From contig JAIPHU010000003.1 of NCBI GenBank assembly GCA_021735045.1, forward strand, positions 304 to 64,303: a DNA stretch of 64,000 nt. Reading direction: 5' to 3'. This DNA is from Candidatus Omnitrophota bacterium (GTDB lineage Bacteria > Omnitrophota > Gorgyraeia > Duberdicusellales > 4484-171). The notes beneath the pieces were generated by a model. It was given only the letters and a program-made list of their open reading frames with translations. It was not told the origin of the DNA and searched no databases. The stretch's first letter is position 1, and each line of letters starts with the position of its first letter. A program made the position numbers and the translations under genes. This document shows positions 50,512 to 62,770 of the stretch, piece by piece.

Positions 50512-50563
50512 GGGAAGGAGTAAAGTTGTTTAAGAAAATAATAGCACATCCAAATTATGCAAA

Positions 50564-50601
50564 CTTCGGCGTAAGCCGAAGCTAGGCCGAAGGCCTTTTT
50601 T
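50564..50601 (+). terminator. Twin GC hairpins (CTTCGGC-GTAA-GCCGAAG and GGCC-GAA-GGCC) followed by T6. Terminator-like on the plus strand, with UUCG/UUAC loops if read on the minus strand
   Basis: Seen directly in the sequence. No plus-strand CDS upstream, so it is either a bidirectional terminator after tRNA-Glu or the 3' end of a small plus-strand RNA. Confidence 0.3.
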
Positions 50602-50760
50602 GCATCCAGCAACACTTTAATGCTAACTCTTGCTTTTACTATTACCTACTAGTTTTTAAAAAAACCTATAGTCTATCATAAGTAAAAGCTGAAGACGTTG
50701 GCTGAAGAATTATCTCCGTTTTTGATTTACAAATAACATTTTTAATACAAATAAAAACAA

Positions 50761-50835
50761 CGTCCCCAGCCGGATTTGAACCGGCGCCGCAGGCTCGAAA
50801 GGCCCGTGTCCTAGACCAGGCTAGACGATGGGGAC
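50761..50835 (-). tRNA. tRNA-Glu (anticodon TTC)
   Basis: Reverse-complement GTCCCCATCGTCTAGCCTGGTCTAGGACACGGGCCTTTCGAGCCTGCGGCGCCGGTTCAAATCCGGCTGGGGACG. Confidence 0.8.
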
Positions 50836-50893
50836 GATTTCATAATTTTAAGTTTTATTTCTAAAATGTCAATGAATTTTCCTAATTTTATAG

Positions 50894-53335
50894 CTAACTA
50901 CCCGGTACAACGTGAGCAATAGCAGCCAACTTATCTTGTTTGCCCAAGTTTATGACTTTAACTCCCTGGGTTGATCGCCCAGAAATACGAATATCGCCTA
51001 CTTTGGTTCTAATCAGTATCCCTTTTTGCGTAATATACATTACTTGATCTTCAGCTTTAACCAAAAGTATTCCTTTTACTTCTCCCAATTTAGAAGAAAG
51101 TTTTATATTAATTATCCCCTTCCCGCCTCTTGATTGACTTCTATACTCTTTAATCTTAGTTCTTTTAGCAAACCCTTTTTCAGTTGCGGTTAAAAGGAAT
51201 AAATCCTCGGTCTTAAGGCTGGGTTCTATAATTCCCATGCCCAAAACTATATCTGATTTAGTTAGTTTGATTCCGCGGACTCCTTGTGACTGTCGGCCGG
51301 TAGCTCTAGCTTGCTTAACCGCAAAACGAATCGATAATCCTTTTTTAGTCGCAAGCACCAAATCATCTTTTTCTGTAGAGAGCTGAACCCCAATAAGCCT
51401 GTCTCCTTTTTTTAGGCTTATAGCAATAATCCCGGTTTTACGTGCGTTGGCAAATAATTCTAGAGAACATCTTTTAACCATACCTTTTTGGGTAGCCATA
51501 AGCAGAAAAGAGTTGGAATCAAATTCTTTTACCGAAAGAACGGCGGTAATTTGAACTTCGTTCTTTAGATTCAAAACATTAACAATGGCTCTTCCTTTTG
51601 AGGTACGAGAGCCTTGGGGAACTTCATAAGTTTTAAGCGGATAAGCTTTCCCTTCGTTAGTAAAAATTAAAAGAGTATCTTTGCTTGAAGCAACAAAAAG
51701 ATGCTGAACAAAGTCTGTATCTGAGGTCGCCATGGCAGTTACCCCCCTGCCGCCTCTTTTCTGGTGCCGGTAGGTAGTAATTGGCATCCTTTTTATATAC
51801 CCTAACCTACTTATCGCCACCACCATATCTTCTTCAACAATTAAATCTTCTACTTCTATTTCTTCATTTTCTGCAACAATATCAGTTCTTCGCTTGTCAG
51901 AAAATTTATCTTTAATCTCTTTTAGTTCTTCTTTTATTAACTCTTCTTGTTTCTTGCCAGAAGAAAGGATATTATTCAAATATTGGATTCTTTTCAGGAG
52001 CTCCTTGTACTCTTGATCTATCTTTTTTCTTTCCAGAGCACAAAGCCTTTGTAACTGCATTTGTAAAATCGCCTGAGCTTGAACTTGAGATAACTTAAAT
52101 TCTTTAATTAAAGTTTTTTCTGCATCTTTAGGGTCTTTAGCCTGTTTTATTATTTTTATTATTCTATCTAAATTTTTTAATGCTATTTTTAACCCTTCGA
52201 GAATATGAGCTCTTTTTTCGGCTTTACTAAGTTGAAATTTGGTCCGCCGAATAATAACTTCTCTTCTAAAATTTATATGATGTGATAGTATATCTTTTAA
52301 ACCAAGCCTTTGAGGGGTCCTGTTAACCAAAGCCAAAAATATGGCTCCAAAGGTTGTCTTCATACTAGTATGCTTATACAATTGGTTTAAAATTATTTCT
52401 GCTTGGGCGCCTCTTTTTAGTTCAATAACTATTCTTATCCCGTCTCGATCTGATTCATCGCGAAGATCAGAAACTCCTTCTATTTTTCCTTTATTTACAA
52501 TATTAGCTATTTGTTCTAAAAGAGTGGTTTTATTCAACTGATAGGGAATTTCGGTAACTACGATGTAATTTTTATTTTTTTCTTTTTCAATAGTAGCTCT
52601 AGCTTTGATCGTAAGCTTACCCCTTCCTGTTTTATACATATCTAATATATCTGTTTTGCCACAAATAATTCCACCGGTAGGAAAATCTGGCCCTTTTATA
52701 TATTTATGAAGTTTTTTAACCGTCGCTTTTGGGTTATCAATTAGATAAGCAAGTGCATCACAAACTTCCCCTAAGTTATGGGGTGGAATATTAGTAGACA
52801 TCCCCACTGCAATTCCACTTGCTCCATTACACAAAAGATTAGGTAAAACTGAAGGTAGCACTTCCGGTTCTGTAAGAGAATTGTCAAAATTAGGAAAGAA
52901 GTTTACCGTGTCTTTGTCTATATCTTGGAGCATATAATCTGATATTTTTGCCATCCGGCATTCCGAGTAACGCATCGCTGCTGCTGGGTCGCCATCGATT
53001 GAACCAAAATTTCCTTGCCCGTCAACTACCGGATAACGCAAGGAAAAATCCTGAGCCATCCTAACTAAAGCATCATAAACTGCTGAATCTCCATGGGGAT
53101 GGTACTTTCCTAAAACTTCTCCGACAACTCTGGCACTTTTTTTATAAGATTGATTGTAGCGAAGATGGATGCCTTCCATCGCATAAAGGATCCTCCTTTG
53201 GACTGGTTTCAACCCATCTCTAATATCTGGCAAAGCCCTTCCTACAATAACACTCATCGCATAAGACAGATAAGATTCCTTCATTTCTTCTTCGAGGAAT
53301 CTGTTAATGATGTTTTCTTTAAAATTTTGTTTCAT
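50894..53335 (-). CDS. gyrA: DNA gyrase subunit A
   Basis: AMRYTE-like motif (AAMRYSECR), active-site Tyr region, C-terminal beta-pinwheel repeats. 813 aa. Confidence 0.9.
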   Translation of the reverse strand: MKQNFKENIINRFLEEEMKESYLSYAMSVIVGRALPDIRDGLKPVQRRILYAMEGIHLRYNQSYKKSARVVGEVLGKYHPHGDSAVYDALVRMAQDFSLRYPVVDGQGNFGSIDGDPAAAMRYSECRMAKISDYMLQDIDKDTVNFFPNFDNSLTEPEVLPSVLPNLLCNGASGIAVGMSTNIPPHNLGEVCDALAYLIDNPKATVKKLHKYIKGPDFPTGGIICGKTDILDMYKTGRGKLTIKARATIEKEKNKNYIVVTEIPYQLNKTTLLEQIANIVNKGKIEGVSDLRDESDRDGIRIVIELKRGAQAEIILNQLYKHTSMKTTFGAIFLALVNRTPQRLGLKDILSHHINFRREVIIRRTKFQLSKAEKRAHILEGLKIALKNLDRIIKIIKQAKDPKDAEKTLIKEFKLSQVQAQAILQMQLQRLCALERKKIDQEYKELLKRIQYLNNILSSGKKQEELIKEELKEIKDKFSDKRRTDIVAENEEIEVEDLIVEEDMVVAISRLGYIKRMPITTYRHQKRGGRGVTAMATSDTDFVQHLFVASSKDTLLIFTNEGKAYPLKTYEVPQGSRTSKGRAIVNVLNLKNEVQITAVLSVKEFDSNSFLLMATQKGMVKRCSLELFANARKTGIIAISLKKGDRLIGVQLSTEKDDLVLATKKGLSIRFAVKQARATGRQSQGVRGIKLTKSDIVLGMGIIEPSLKTEDLFLLTATEKGFAKRTKIKEYRSQSRGGKGIINIKLSSKLGEVKGILLVKAEDQVMYITQKGILIRTKVGDIRISGRSTQGVKVINLGKQDKLAAIAHVVPGS

Positions 53336-53350
53336 TTTTAAATCGCTTTT

Positions 53351-55705
<2,355 letters not shown>

Positions 55706-55981
55706 TTATTCAACCTCTATATCTACCCCTTTAATGGCGGGGAAGTTTTGTTTTATTTTTTTTTCTATTTTTCCCTTTTGTAGCCTAAGCTCATAAACAG
55801 CGCTGGATGACCGGAGAAAAAACACTATTTTTTTGTTTGGTTTGGGCTCTATCCGCAAATGTTTTACTGTTTCGGCTTTTAAGGTTTCTTTTAATATTTT
55901 TTTTATTTTTTCGTGTTCTTTTTGTTTCTGTTTGTTTTTTTGTAAATACTTATCAATTATTGTTTTAATGTGTTCTGCCAT
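55706..55981 (-). CDS. DUF721/DciA-like small protein between dnaN and gyrB
   Basis: 91 aa, basic. Conserved position between dnaN and gyrB where DUF721 proteins sit. No recF present. Confidence 0.4.
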   Translation of the reverse strand: MAEHIKTIIDKYLQKNKQKQKEHEKIKKILKETLKAETVKHLRIEPKPNKKIVFFLRSSSAVYELRLQKGKIEKKIKQNFPAIKGVDIEVE

Positions 55982-55983
55982 TA

Positions 55984-57081
55984 TTAAGTTTTCATGGGTA
56001 GAAGAAGATAAATATGGTTTTCTCTTTTTACTACCGCTGGTTTTTCTGTGCCGAAGAAATCGATTGTAACTTCTGGCTCGTTTATTTGTTTTAAGATATC
56101 TATAAAATAGTTCGGGTTAAACTCTATTTCCATTGTTTGCCCTTGATAATTTACCTCTATCTCTTCTTTTGCTTCTCCTAGTTGCGGTGTTGTTTTATAA
56201 ACCATCATCTTGTTTTTTTTCAGGTTTAGTTTAACCCCTTGATACTCTGTTGTTGTTAACAAACCGATTCTTTTTAAAGAAGCCATAAAAGCTTCTCTGT
56301 TTATAGTTAACTGATCCCCTGTTTTTTTTGGTAGATACTGTGAGTAGTTAGGGAAATCCCCTTCTATAGGCCTGGCTATAATTTTGGTTTCTTGAAGATC
56401 AAACTCTATGTTTTTTTCTGAAAAAGACAGATAAAGAGGTTCTTGCCTTTCTTTGGTTATTCTGGCAACTTCTCCCACCGCTTTACTGGGAAGAATAAAA
56501 GATATTTTCTCTTCGACCCCTGCTTGGTTTTTAGAGAAATCTCTGGTTACAAAAGAGAGTCTCTTCCCGTCGGTGGCCACAAGTTTTATTTTGTTTTTTT
56601 CTAGTTCAAACAAAACCCCGCTTAAAATATAATTTACATCTTCATAGCCAACACAAAAAGAAGTTAGCCGGATCATTTCCTCTAAAACTTCTGGTAATAT
56701 TTTTATAGTTACAGCTTCTTTTTTTTCTTGGATTTTGGGAAACTCTTCTTCTTTTAAGGTGTTTATTTTAAACTCAACTTTTCCACACTTTATTAAGAGG
56801 ATATTCTTAAGTTTTTCTAAGGTTACATCCCCTTCTGGAAGCTCTCTGGCGATAGAGATAAACCTTCGCATAGGAACCAGCGCTTTACCCGGGCTTTTTA
56901 CTTTGTTTTTTATATATGTAGTTATAGTGATATCAAGGTCTGTTGTTACAAACTTAATAATATCTTTCTTTGCTTCAATCAAAACACTTCCCAAAGCAAG
57001 AAAATCTTGTTTGGTTGTAGTGGGTCCGGTAACACTTTTTAGTTTCTCTACTAATTCTCTTCTATTAATAGTAATATTCAT
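55984..57081 (-). CDS. dnaN: DNA polymerase III beta sliding clamp
   Basis: 365 aa, three-domain clamp. Position downstream of dnaA. Confidence 0.85.
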   Translation of the reverse strand: MNITINRRELVEKLKSVTGPTTTKQDFLALGSVLIEAKKDIIKFVTTDLDITITTYIKNKVKSPGKALVPMRRFISIARELPEGDVTLEKLKNILLIKCGKVEFKINTLKEEEFPKIQEKKEAVTIKILPEVLEEMIRLTSFCVGYEDVNYILSGVLFELEKNKIKLVATDGKRLSFVTRDFSKNQAGVEEKISFILPSKAVGEVARITKERQEPLYLSFSEKNIEFDLQETKIIARPIEGDFPNYSQYLPKKTGDQLTINREAFMASLKRIGLLTTTEYQGVKLNLKKNKMMVYKTTPQLGEAKEEIEVNYQGQTMEIEFNPNYFIDILKQINEPEVTIDFFGTEKPAVVKRENHIYLLLPMKT

Positions 57082-57177
57082 AGTCTTAGTATAAGTAGTT
57101 GTTGTTAAAATTGTTAACTTTTGAAATATTATAACAATTATTTAAGAAAAAGAAACAATTCAATAAAAAAAACATTA

Positions 57178-58512
57178 TTATAAGTTTTTAATTTCCTGTG
57201 CAAGGCTGTTAACTGTTGTTTTTAACTTCTCATCTTTAGTTAAAGCCTTTCTTATTTTTTTACAAGCATAAAGAATATTAGTGTGATGTTTACCCCCAAA
57301 AAAACCCCCAATTTCAGGGAGAGAACTCTCGGTCAACTCTCTTGTTAAATACATTGCAACCTGACGAGGCAAGACCAAAGTTTTACTTCTTTTAGCTTTT
57401 TTTAAATCTTCCTTGTCAACTCCATAAAAACAACTAACTTTATCCAAAATAATTTCCGGAGTAACTCTTGCGCTGATTTCGCGAACCATATCTTTTAAGA
57501 TTCCTTTAGCTAGATCAACAGTGATTGTTTTATTTTCTATTAAGGAATAAGCTATAATTCTAACTAAAGCCCCCTCTAGTTCGCGGATATTTGAAGAGAT
57601 ATTTTCAGCAATAAAGCGGATAACTTGGGGGTCAACCTTTACTGCTTCGTTTTCTAGTTTTTTCTCTAAAATTGCGACTCTGGTTTCATAATCCGGAGTT
57701 TGGATGTCAACAACCAAGCCCCAGTTAAAGCGGGAAACCAATCTTTCTTCTAAATCTGGAATTTCTTTCGGGGGGCGATCCGAAGAGACAACGATTTGTT
57801 TATGGTGGTCGTATAAGACATTAAACGTATGAAAAAACTCTTCCTGGGAAGCCTCTTTCCCCGAAAGAAATTGGATATCATCGATTAAAAGAATATCTAT
57901 GTCTCGATATTTTTTTCTAAACTTATCCGTGTTTCTTTGCCGAATAGAAAGAATAAGGTCGTTAGCGAAGCTTTCTGAAGAAATATACTTAACTTTTGTT
58001 TGTGGGTTTAAAGAAAGCACATAATTAGAAATTGCTTGCATCAGGTGAGTTTTACCTAAACCAACTCCTCCATATATAAAGATCGGGTTGTACGACTTTC
58101 CTGGGGCTCGGGCAACAGCTAAAGATGCAGCATGCGCCATTCGGTTTGAAGAGCCAACTACGAAATTATCAAAAGTAAAGCGGGGGTTGAGCCGCAAGGA
58201 TGTTTGGGTTTTTTCTCCAAAGCTTTTATTAAAAGAACGAAAGATTTTTGTAGTTTTACTTTTAAGGATACCAGGATTTACCCGGAACTCTATATTTATT
58301 TTCTTTCCCTCAACTTCTTGGGAAATCTCTTCTATAGAAGAAAGATAGTTGCTTTCTACCCAGTTTTTAAAAAAACTGTCAGGAGCCTCTAAAACCAGAT
58401 TTCCTTTAGAAGCTTCTTTGAGCTGTAAAGGAGATATCCAAGTATCAAAAGAAGTTTCTCCTAAACGTTCTTTAAGCTTTTTTTTACAATTTTCCCAAAT
58501 ATCTTGTTTCAT
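57178..58512 (-). CDS. dnaA: Chromosomal replication initiator protein
   Basis: GGVGLGKTHL Walker A, AAA+ box, C-terminal DnaA-box-binding helix-turn-helix. 444 aa. Confidence 0.9.
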   Translation of the reverse strand: MKQDIWENCKKKLKERLGETSFDTWISPLQLKEASKGNLVLEAPDSFFKNWVESNYLSSIEEISQEVEGKKINIEFRVNPGILKSKTTKIFRSFNKSFGEKTQTSLRLNPRFTFDNFVVGSSNRMAHAASLAVARAPGKSYNPIFIYGGVGLGKTHLMQAISNYVLSLNPQTKVKYISSESFANDLILSIRQRNTDKFRKKYRDIDILLIDDIQFLSGKEASQEEFFHTFNVLYDHHKQIVVSSDRPPKEIPDLEERLVSRFNWGLVVDIQTPDYETRVAILEKKLENEAVKVDPQVIRFIAENISSNIRELEGALVRIIAYSLIENKTITVDLAKGILKDMVREISARVTPEIILDKVSCFYGVDKEDLKKAKRSKTLVLPRQVAMYLTRELTESSLPEIGGFFGGKHHTNILYACKKIRKALTKDEKLKTTVNSLAQEIKNL

Positions 58513-58712
58513 TGACGATTTAACAAAGTTAACAACTTATTCACATTTTTAAGGAATGATTATTTCCTGCGCGGTACCAGAAGTAACCTATTGATTTTGA
58601 ATAACCAATTATACCTCAATAAAATATCTTTGCAACTTTTTTGTAGTTGACACCTAATTATTTTATGCTACAATTTCAACTTACCTGATAGTATATTGAA
58701 TTTAAAAAAGGC

Positions 58713-58764
58713 GATGAGCTATATAAGTATAGTTAATTTTTGATAAAAAGATAACTAAAAGGTG
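58713..58764. repeat. 52-bp perfect direct repeat, copy 1 (promoter/RBS-like module)
   Basis: gatgagctatataagtatagttaatttttgataaaaagataactaaaaggtg is identical at 58861-58912. Copy 1 precedes a 15-codon ORF (58769-58816, MYAFFAAGKHSLAIA) and a complex hairpin (58772-58832). Copy 2 precedes rpmH. Confidence 0.7.
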
Positions 58765-58860
58765 CAAAATGTATGCGTTTTTTGCCGCAGGCAAACATTC
58801 TCTAGCTATTGCCTAAGAGAATATAACGCATCCATGTAATGTATTAGACTCACAAACAGT

Positions 58861-58912
58861 GATGAGCTATATAAGTATAGTTAATTTTTGATAAAAAGAT
58901 AACTAAAAGGTG
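58861..58912. repeat. 52-bp perfect direct repeat, copy 2 (ends at the rpmH Shine-Dalgarno AAGGTG)
   Basis: Identical to 58713-58764. Confidence 0.7.
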
Positions 58913-58919
58913 AAAAAAC

Positions 58920-59057
58920 ATGAAAAAAAATCTAAAAACACCTAGTAATTTAAAAGGGAAAAGAAAACACGGTTTTCGTAAGAGGATGAGCTCGAAAAAC
59001 GGGAAAAAAATAGTAAATCAACGGCGAAGAAAAGGGCGTAAAAAAATATCTGTATGA
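58920..59057 (+). CDS. rpmH: 50S ribosomal protein L34
   Basis: [45 protein letters not shown] matches the L34 consensus. Not in the ORF track (under the length cutoff). Confidence 0.85.
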   Translation: MKKNLKTPSNLKGKRKHGFRKRMSSKNGKKIVNQRRRKGRKKISV

Positions 59058-59260
59058 GAAGGGCTGCTATCTTTTTAATCCAGATATATCAAAAACTTCC
59101 CCAATTCTTGCCTACTTCTTGCATATATATCCCAACTTGTTCTGAATATGCTAAGCAAGCTTTTGAGAAGCATTTCTTTTTAAAGGCTTTGGGGTTGACT
59201 GTATTTCGCATCTTACGTTGTAATCCTTTTTCACGAGGTGGGTTTGACCCTGTGAGGTAA
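59054..59260 (+). CDS. yidD: Membrane protein insertion efficiency factor YidD
   Basis: [13 protein letters not shown]...[13 protein letters not shown] conserved YidD motif. ATGA overlap with rpmH. No rnpA between rpmH and yidD. Confidence 0.8.
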   Translation: MRRAAIFLIQIYQKLPQFLPTSCIYIPTCSEYAKQAFEKHFFLKALGLTVFRILRCNPFSRGGFDPVR

Positions 59261-59262
59261 CA

Positions 59263-60708
59263 ATGGAAAAAAGAACAGTTTTTGCTTTTTTATTGTTGAT
59301 TGGCTTTTTTTTGGTTTGGTCTCAGTTTGCTCCAAAGAAGGTTCCACAAACGCTTGAAGGACAAGAAGTTGTAAGCGAAAGCGTGCAAACGACCCCCCAA
59401 GAGCCTCAGCCGAAAATATCGGAAGCCGGAGAAAAAAGCCTTCCTGCAGAAGGTGTCGCCCTCAAAGAAATAAAAATAAATAACTACTATATTACCTATT
59501 CTCCTCAGGGTGGATATATTCAGTCCATTGCTTTAAATAAACCAACTAATATTCTTCCTTTTCAGAACTTAGGGTACCAATCAGCGAAAAAGGACATAAA
59601 CTATAAAGTTAATGTTGGGCAAGACAGCATTTCTTTTGTTGAGGGCAGTTCCCCTCCCAAAAAATATGTTTTTAGTGAGGATACCATAAAGATAGAAAAT
59701 GTTGCCGGCTCCCCCATTTTATTGTTTTCATTTTCTTTAAATTCAGGAACTTCACATATAAGTAAAAGGTATTTTGAATCATTTTATAGTAAAGATAAAT
59801 CTATCCAAAGAACCCATCCTAAAAAAGTTAAACAAGAAGTTGAAAAAAGAGTAGAATTTGCCGGGGCTAGGAGTAGGTATTATGCAATTAGTTTATTACC
59901 CGATCTTTATAATATTGAATGGAGCAAAACTAAAGAAAGAACAAATCTTTACCTAAATAATCCTTCCTCCACCATATTGCTTTATCTTGGGCCGCAAATT
60001 ACCGACAATATGGAAACATATGGGTTGGCGGGTATAGTTTATTATGGGTTTTGGCATTTTTTGGCGGTAGCAATTATAAAAATACTATATTTTTTCTATA
60101 GTTTTCTGCATAATTGGGGGCTTAGTATAATCTTTCTTTCTTTTTCTACTTATGCTGTGCTGTTTCCTTTTACTTCAAAAAGTACCAAAGCAATGAAAAA
60201 GATGCAAGAGATTCAGCCCTTAATGCAAGAGTTAAAAGAAAAACATAAAGATAATCCTCAAAAGATGCAAAAAGAGACTGTTGAGCTTTATAAAAAGCAT
60301 AAAGTAAACCCTTTGGGCGGGTGTCTTCCTCTTTTGTTTCAATTCCCGATAATTATTGCTTTTTATCAAGTAGTCTTTAGGTTTAGCCGGCTTCAAGGAG
60401 CTTCTTTTCTTTGGATTCAGGATCTATCCTTGCCGGATCGGTTGTTCCATTTGCCTTTTACGATTCCTGTTGTAGGTGTTGAATATTTTAATCTTCTTCC
60501 TATTCTAGTAATGATTTTAGGAATTGTTCAACAACACATAACAGCTTCTTCGTCAAATCCTCAACAAAAAAAGATAGGTTTATTTATGGGAGTATTTATT
60601 GGAATAATATTTTATAAGTTTCCTTCTGCATTAGTTTTGTATTGGTTTGTGCAAAATCTACTCACTCTTATCTACCAAGTCCGTTTGAAAAAAGCCCGCA
60701 CCACCTAA
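59263..60708 (+). CDS. yidC: Membrane protein insertase YidC
   Basis: 481 aa. Periplasmic N-domain plus 5-TM YidC/Oxa1 core (LYWFVQNLLT). Confidence 0.85.
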   Translation: MEKRTVFAFLLLIGFFLVWSQFAPKKVPQTLEGQEVVSESVQTTPQEPQPKISEAGEKSLPAEGVALKEIKINNYYITYSPQGGYIQSIALNKPTNILPFQNLGYQSAKKDINYKVNVGQDSISFVEGSSPPKKYVFSEDTIKIENVAGSPILLFSFSLNSGTSHISKRYFESFYSKDKSIQRTHPKKVKQEVEKRVEFAGARSRYYAISLLPDLYNIEWSKTKERTNLYLNNPSSTILLYLGPQITDNMETYGLAGIVYYGFWHFLAVAIIKILYFFYSFLHNWGLSIIFLSFSTYAVLFPFTSKSTKAMKKMQEIQPLMQELKEKHKDNPQKMQKETVELYKKHKVNPLGGCLPLLFQFPIIIAFYQVVFRFSRLQGASFLWIQDLSLPDRLFHLPFTIPVVGVEYFNLLPILVMILGIVQQHITASSSNPQQKKIGLFMGVFIGIIFYKFPSALVLYWFVQNLLTLIYQVRLKKARTT

Positions 60709-60749
60709 AAAAGATCACTTAAAATCAAAAAACGCTTATTTGGCAAGAG

Positions 60750-61030
60750 GTATTTACGTTTTCACGTGAAAACGCTGCAACCCCTTGATTCTATTAACAT
60801 TTTCTATTTTTACGTGTATCTTTCCAGCTATTAAAGAGGGCTGAAAGATCCATGTGGGAACCTCTACACAACTAGAAAGAAGGAGGCGTTTTCACGTGAA
60901 AATTTTCTTGCTTCTAGATATATGAAAATTTCCACGTGGATATTCTCCTTTTCTTTAGGTGGTGGAGAATATACACGTGAAAACGCTAGAACCCCTTGAT
61001 TTTATTAACAATTCTCATTTTGGTTGTTAT
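60750..61030. promoter_or_regulatory. parS: Cluster of parS-like palindromes (GTTTTCACGTGAAAAC at 60758 and 60888; variants at ~60927, ~60972, ~60850) with two ~40-bp direct repeats, followed by an AT-rich tract (61023-61113)
   Basis: 14/16 match to the parS consensus TGTTTCACGTGAAACA. Immediately upstream of parA-parB. Confidence 0.65.
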
Positions 61031-61113
61031 TTTTTTTGAGTAATTAAATAAAAATGGTTGCAATTCTCATCAAATAGTATTAAAATAAAGAAAATTGAAA
61101 TATTTATATATTA

Positions 61114-61920
61114 TTGATAACAAAAGATATGGGTAAAATAATTGGTATTTGTAATCAAAAAGGTGGGACCGGCAAAACAACAACTGCCATTAACTTTAGT
61201 TCTTTTTTAGGGCTGGCAGGGGAAAAGACTCTTCTTGTGGACATGGATCCCCAGGGCAATGCTTCTTCTGGAGTTGGCATAGATCCTCAAGGTAAAAAAT
61301 CAGCTTATGAGGTAATTTCAGGAGATGCCCAGGTAGAGGAAGCTATTTATTCTACAGATTGGCCTAATTTATCTGTTATGCCCTCAGATATATCTCTTAC
61401 TGGTGGAGAAGTTGAGTTGGTTTCTTTGAACCAGCGGGAACTACTGCTGCGGCAAAGTCTTGAGAAGATTAAAGACGAGTATTCCTATATAGTTATTGAC
61501 GCCCCTCCTTCTTTAGGAGTACTTACTGTTAATGTGTTGTCTGCCGCTGACAGTTTAATTATACCAGTTCAATGTGAGTATTATGCACTAGAAGGAGTTT
61601 CGAAATTGATCGGCACGATTGAGTTAATAAAAGAAAGGCTTAATCCAGGCTTAGAAATTGAAGGGGTTTTGTTGACTATGGCAGATTTTCGAACCCGGCT
61701 TACTTTACAAGTAATAGAAGAAGTAAGAAACTATTTTAAAAATAAAGCTTTTAGCATTATTGTTCCCAGAAACGTGAAGTTAGCTGAAGCTCCTAGTTTT
61801 GGCAAACCTATCTATTTTTATGAATCCGGTTGTGTGGGGGCGAAAGCTTACTTAGAGTTGACTAATGAAGTTGTAGGGCAAGTTCAAGAAATAAATAACT
61901 TTGTTAAGCAGAGAGGTTGA
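61114..61920 (+). CDS. parA: Chromosome partitioning ATPase ParA/Soj
   Basis: KGGTGKTTTAINFS deviant Walker A, 268 aa. Confidence 0.9.
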   Translation: MITKDMGKIIGICNQKGGTGKTTTAINFSSFLGLAGEKTLLVDMDPQGNASSGVGIDPQGKKSAYEVISGDAQVEEAIYSTDWPNLSVMPSDISLTGGEVELVSLNQRELLLRQSLEKIKDEYSYIVIDAPPSLGVLTVNVLSAADSLIIPVQCEYYALEGVSKLIGTIELIKERLNPGLEIEGVLLTMADFRTRLTLQVIEEVRNYFKNKAFSIIVPRNVKLAEAPSFGKPIYFYESGCVGAKAYLELTNEVVGQVQEINNFVKQRG

Positions 61921-62744
61921 TTATGGGTAAAAAAGTATTAGGAAAAGGATTAGACGCTCTTATTCCCAAAAAGAAAAATTCTGGGGGGGACCAATTTGTT
62001 TATCTTCCCGTGGAACAAGTCGAGCCTAATAAATTTCAGCCGCGTAAAGGCATGAACCAGAAGGACTTAGCTGAACTAACCCAATCAGTTAAAGAAAAAG
62101 GTTTTATTCAGCCAATATTAGCGCGGGATATTAAGGGAGGAAAGTATGAAGTTGTGGCTGGAGGAAGAAGGTTAGAAGCCGCTAAGTTGTTGGGCATCAA
62201 GGAGATACCCGCAGTAGTCAGAGACCTAGACAATAAAGATTCCTTTATCGCCGCAATAGTCGAAAATCTACAAAGAAAAAATCTTAATCCAATTGAAGAA
62301 GCCCAAGCTCTTACCCGCCTTAGGGATGAGTTTAATTTTTCTTTAGATGAAATTGCCAAATTTATCAGTAAAGACAAGACAACAGTGGTAAATACAATTC
62401 GTTTGCTTAAACTTCCAAAAAAGATTAAATCGGCTTTAGAAGAGAATCTTATTAACCGGAGCCAGGCCAGGACAATACTTTCTTTTAAAAGCAAGATTCA
62501 GCAAGAAAAAATATTTTATAAGATTCTTCACAAAGGGCTTACAGTAAGAGATGTGGAGAAACAAGCTGTCAGGAAAAACAAAAAAACAAAAGTTGATCCT
62601 TTTGTTGAAGAAGCTGAGCAGCAGTTACAAAAAAGCCTTGGGACAAAGGTAAGAATCATTAGTTCAAAAAATAAAAAAGGCAAGATTATTCTTCATTATT
62701 ATAATTTAAATGATTTTGAAAGAATCATAAAAAGAATTAGCTAA
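61917..62744 (+). CDS. parB: Chromosome partitioning protein ParB/Spo0J (TTG start)
   Basis: GGRRLEAAK ParB box, helix-turn-helix. Overlaps parA. 275 aa. Confidence 0.85.
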   Translation: MIMGKKVLGKGLDALIPKKKNSGGDQFVYLPVEQVEPNKFQPRKGMNQKDLAELTQSVKEKGFIQPILARDIKGGKYEVVAGGRRLEAAKLLGIKEIPAVVRDLDNKDSFIAAIVENLQRKNLNPIEEAQALTRLRDEFNFSLDEIAKFISKDKTTVVNTIRLLKLPKKIKSALEENLINRSQARTILSFKSKIQQEKIFYKILHKGLTVRDVEKQAVRKNKKTKVDPFVEEAEQQLQKSLGTKVRIISSKNKKGKIILHYYNLNDFERIIKRIS

Positions 62745-62770
62745 AAACAATAAGGCACAGAGGGGGAATT

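Noticed and set aside
57082-57177. dnaA-dnaN intergenic region as oriC
   Set aside because: Only 96 bp, AT-rich, but no DnaA-box-like 9-mers. Strand switch and repeats point instead to the dnaA-rpmH gap and/or the yidC-parA parS region.
62108-62494. 128-aa minus-strand ORF within parB
   Set aside because: Antisense shadow ORF of a conserved gene.
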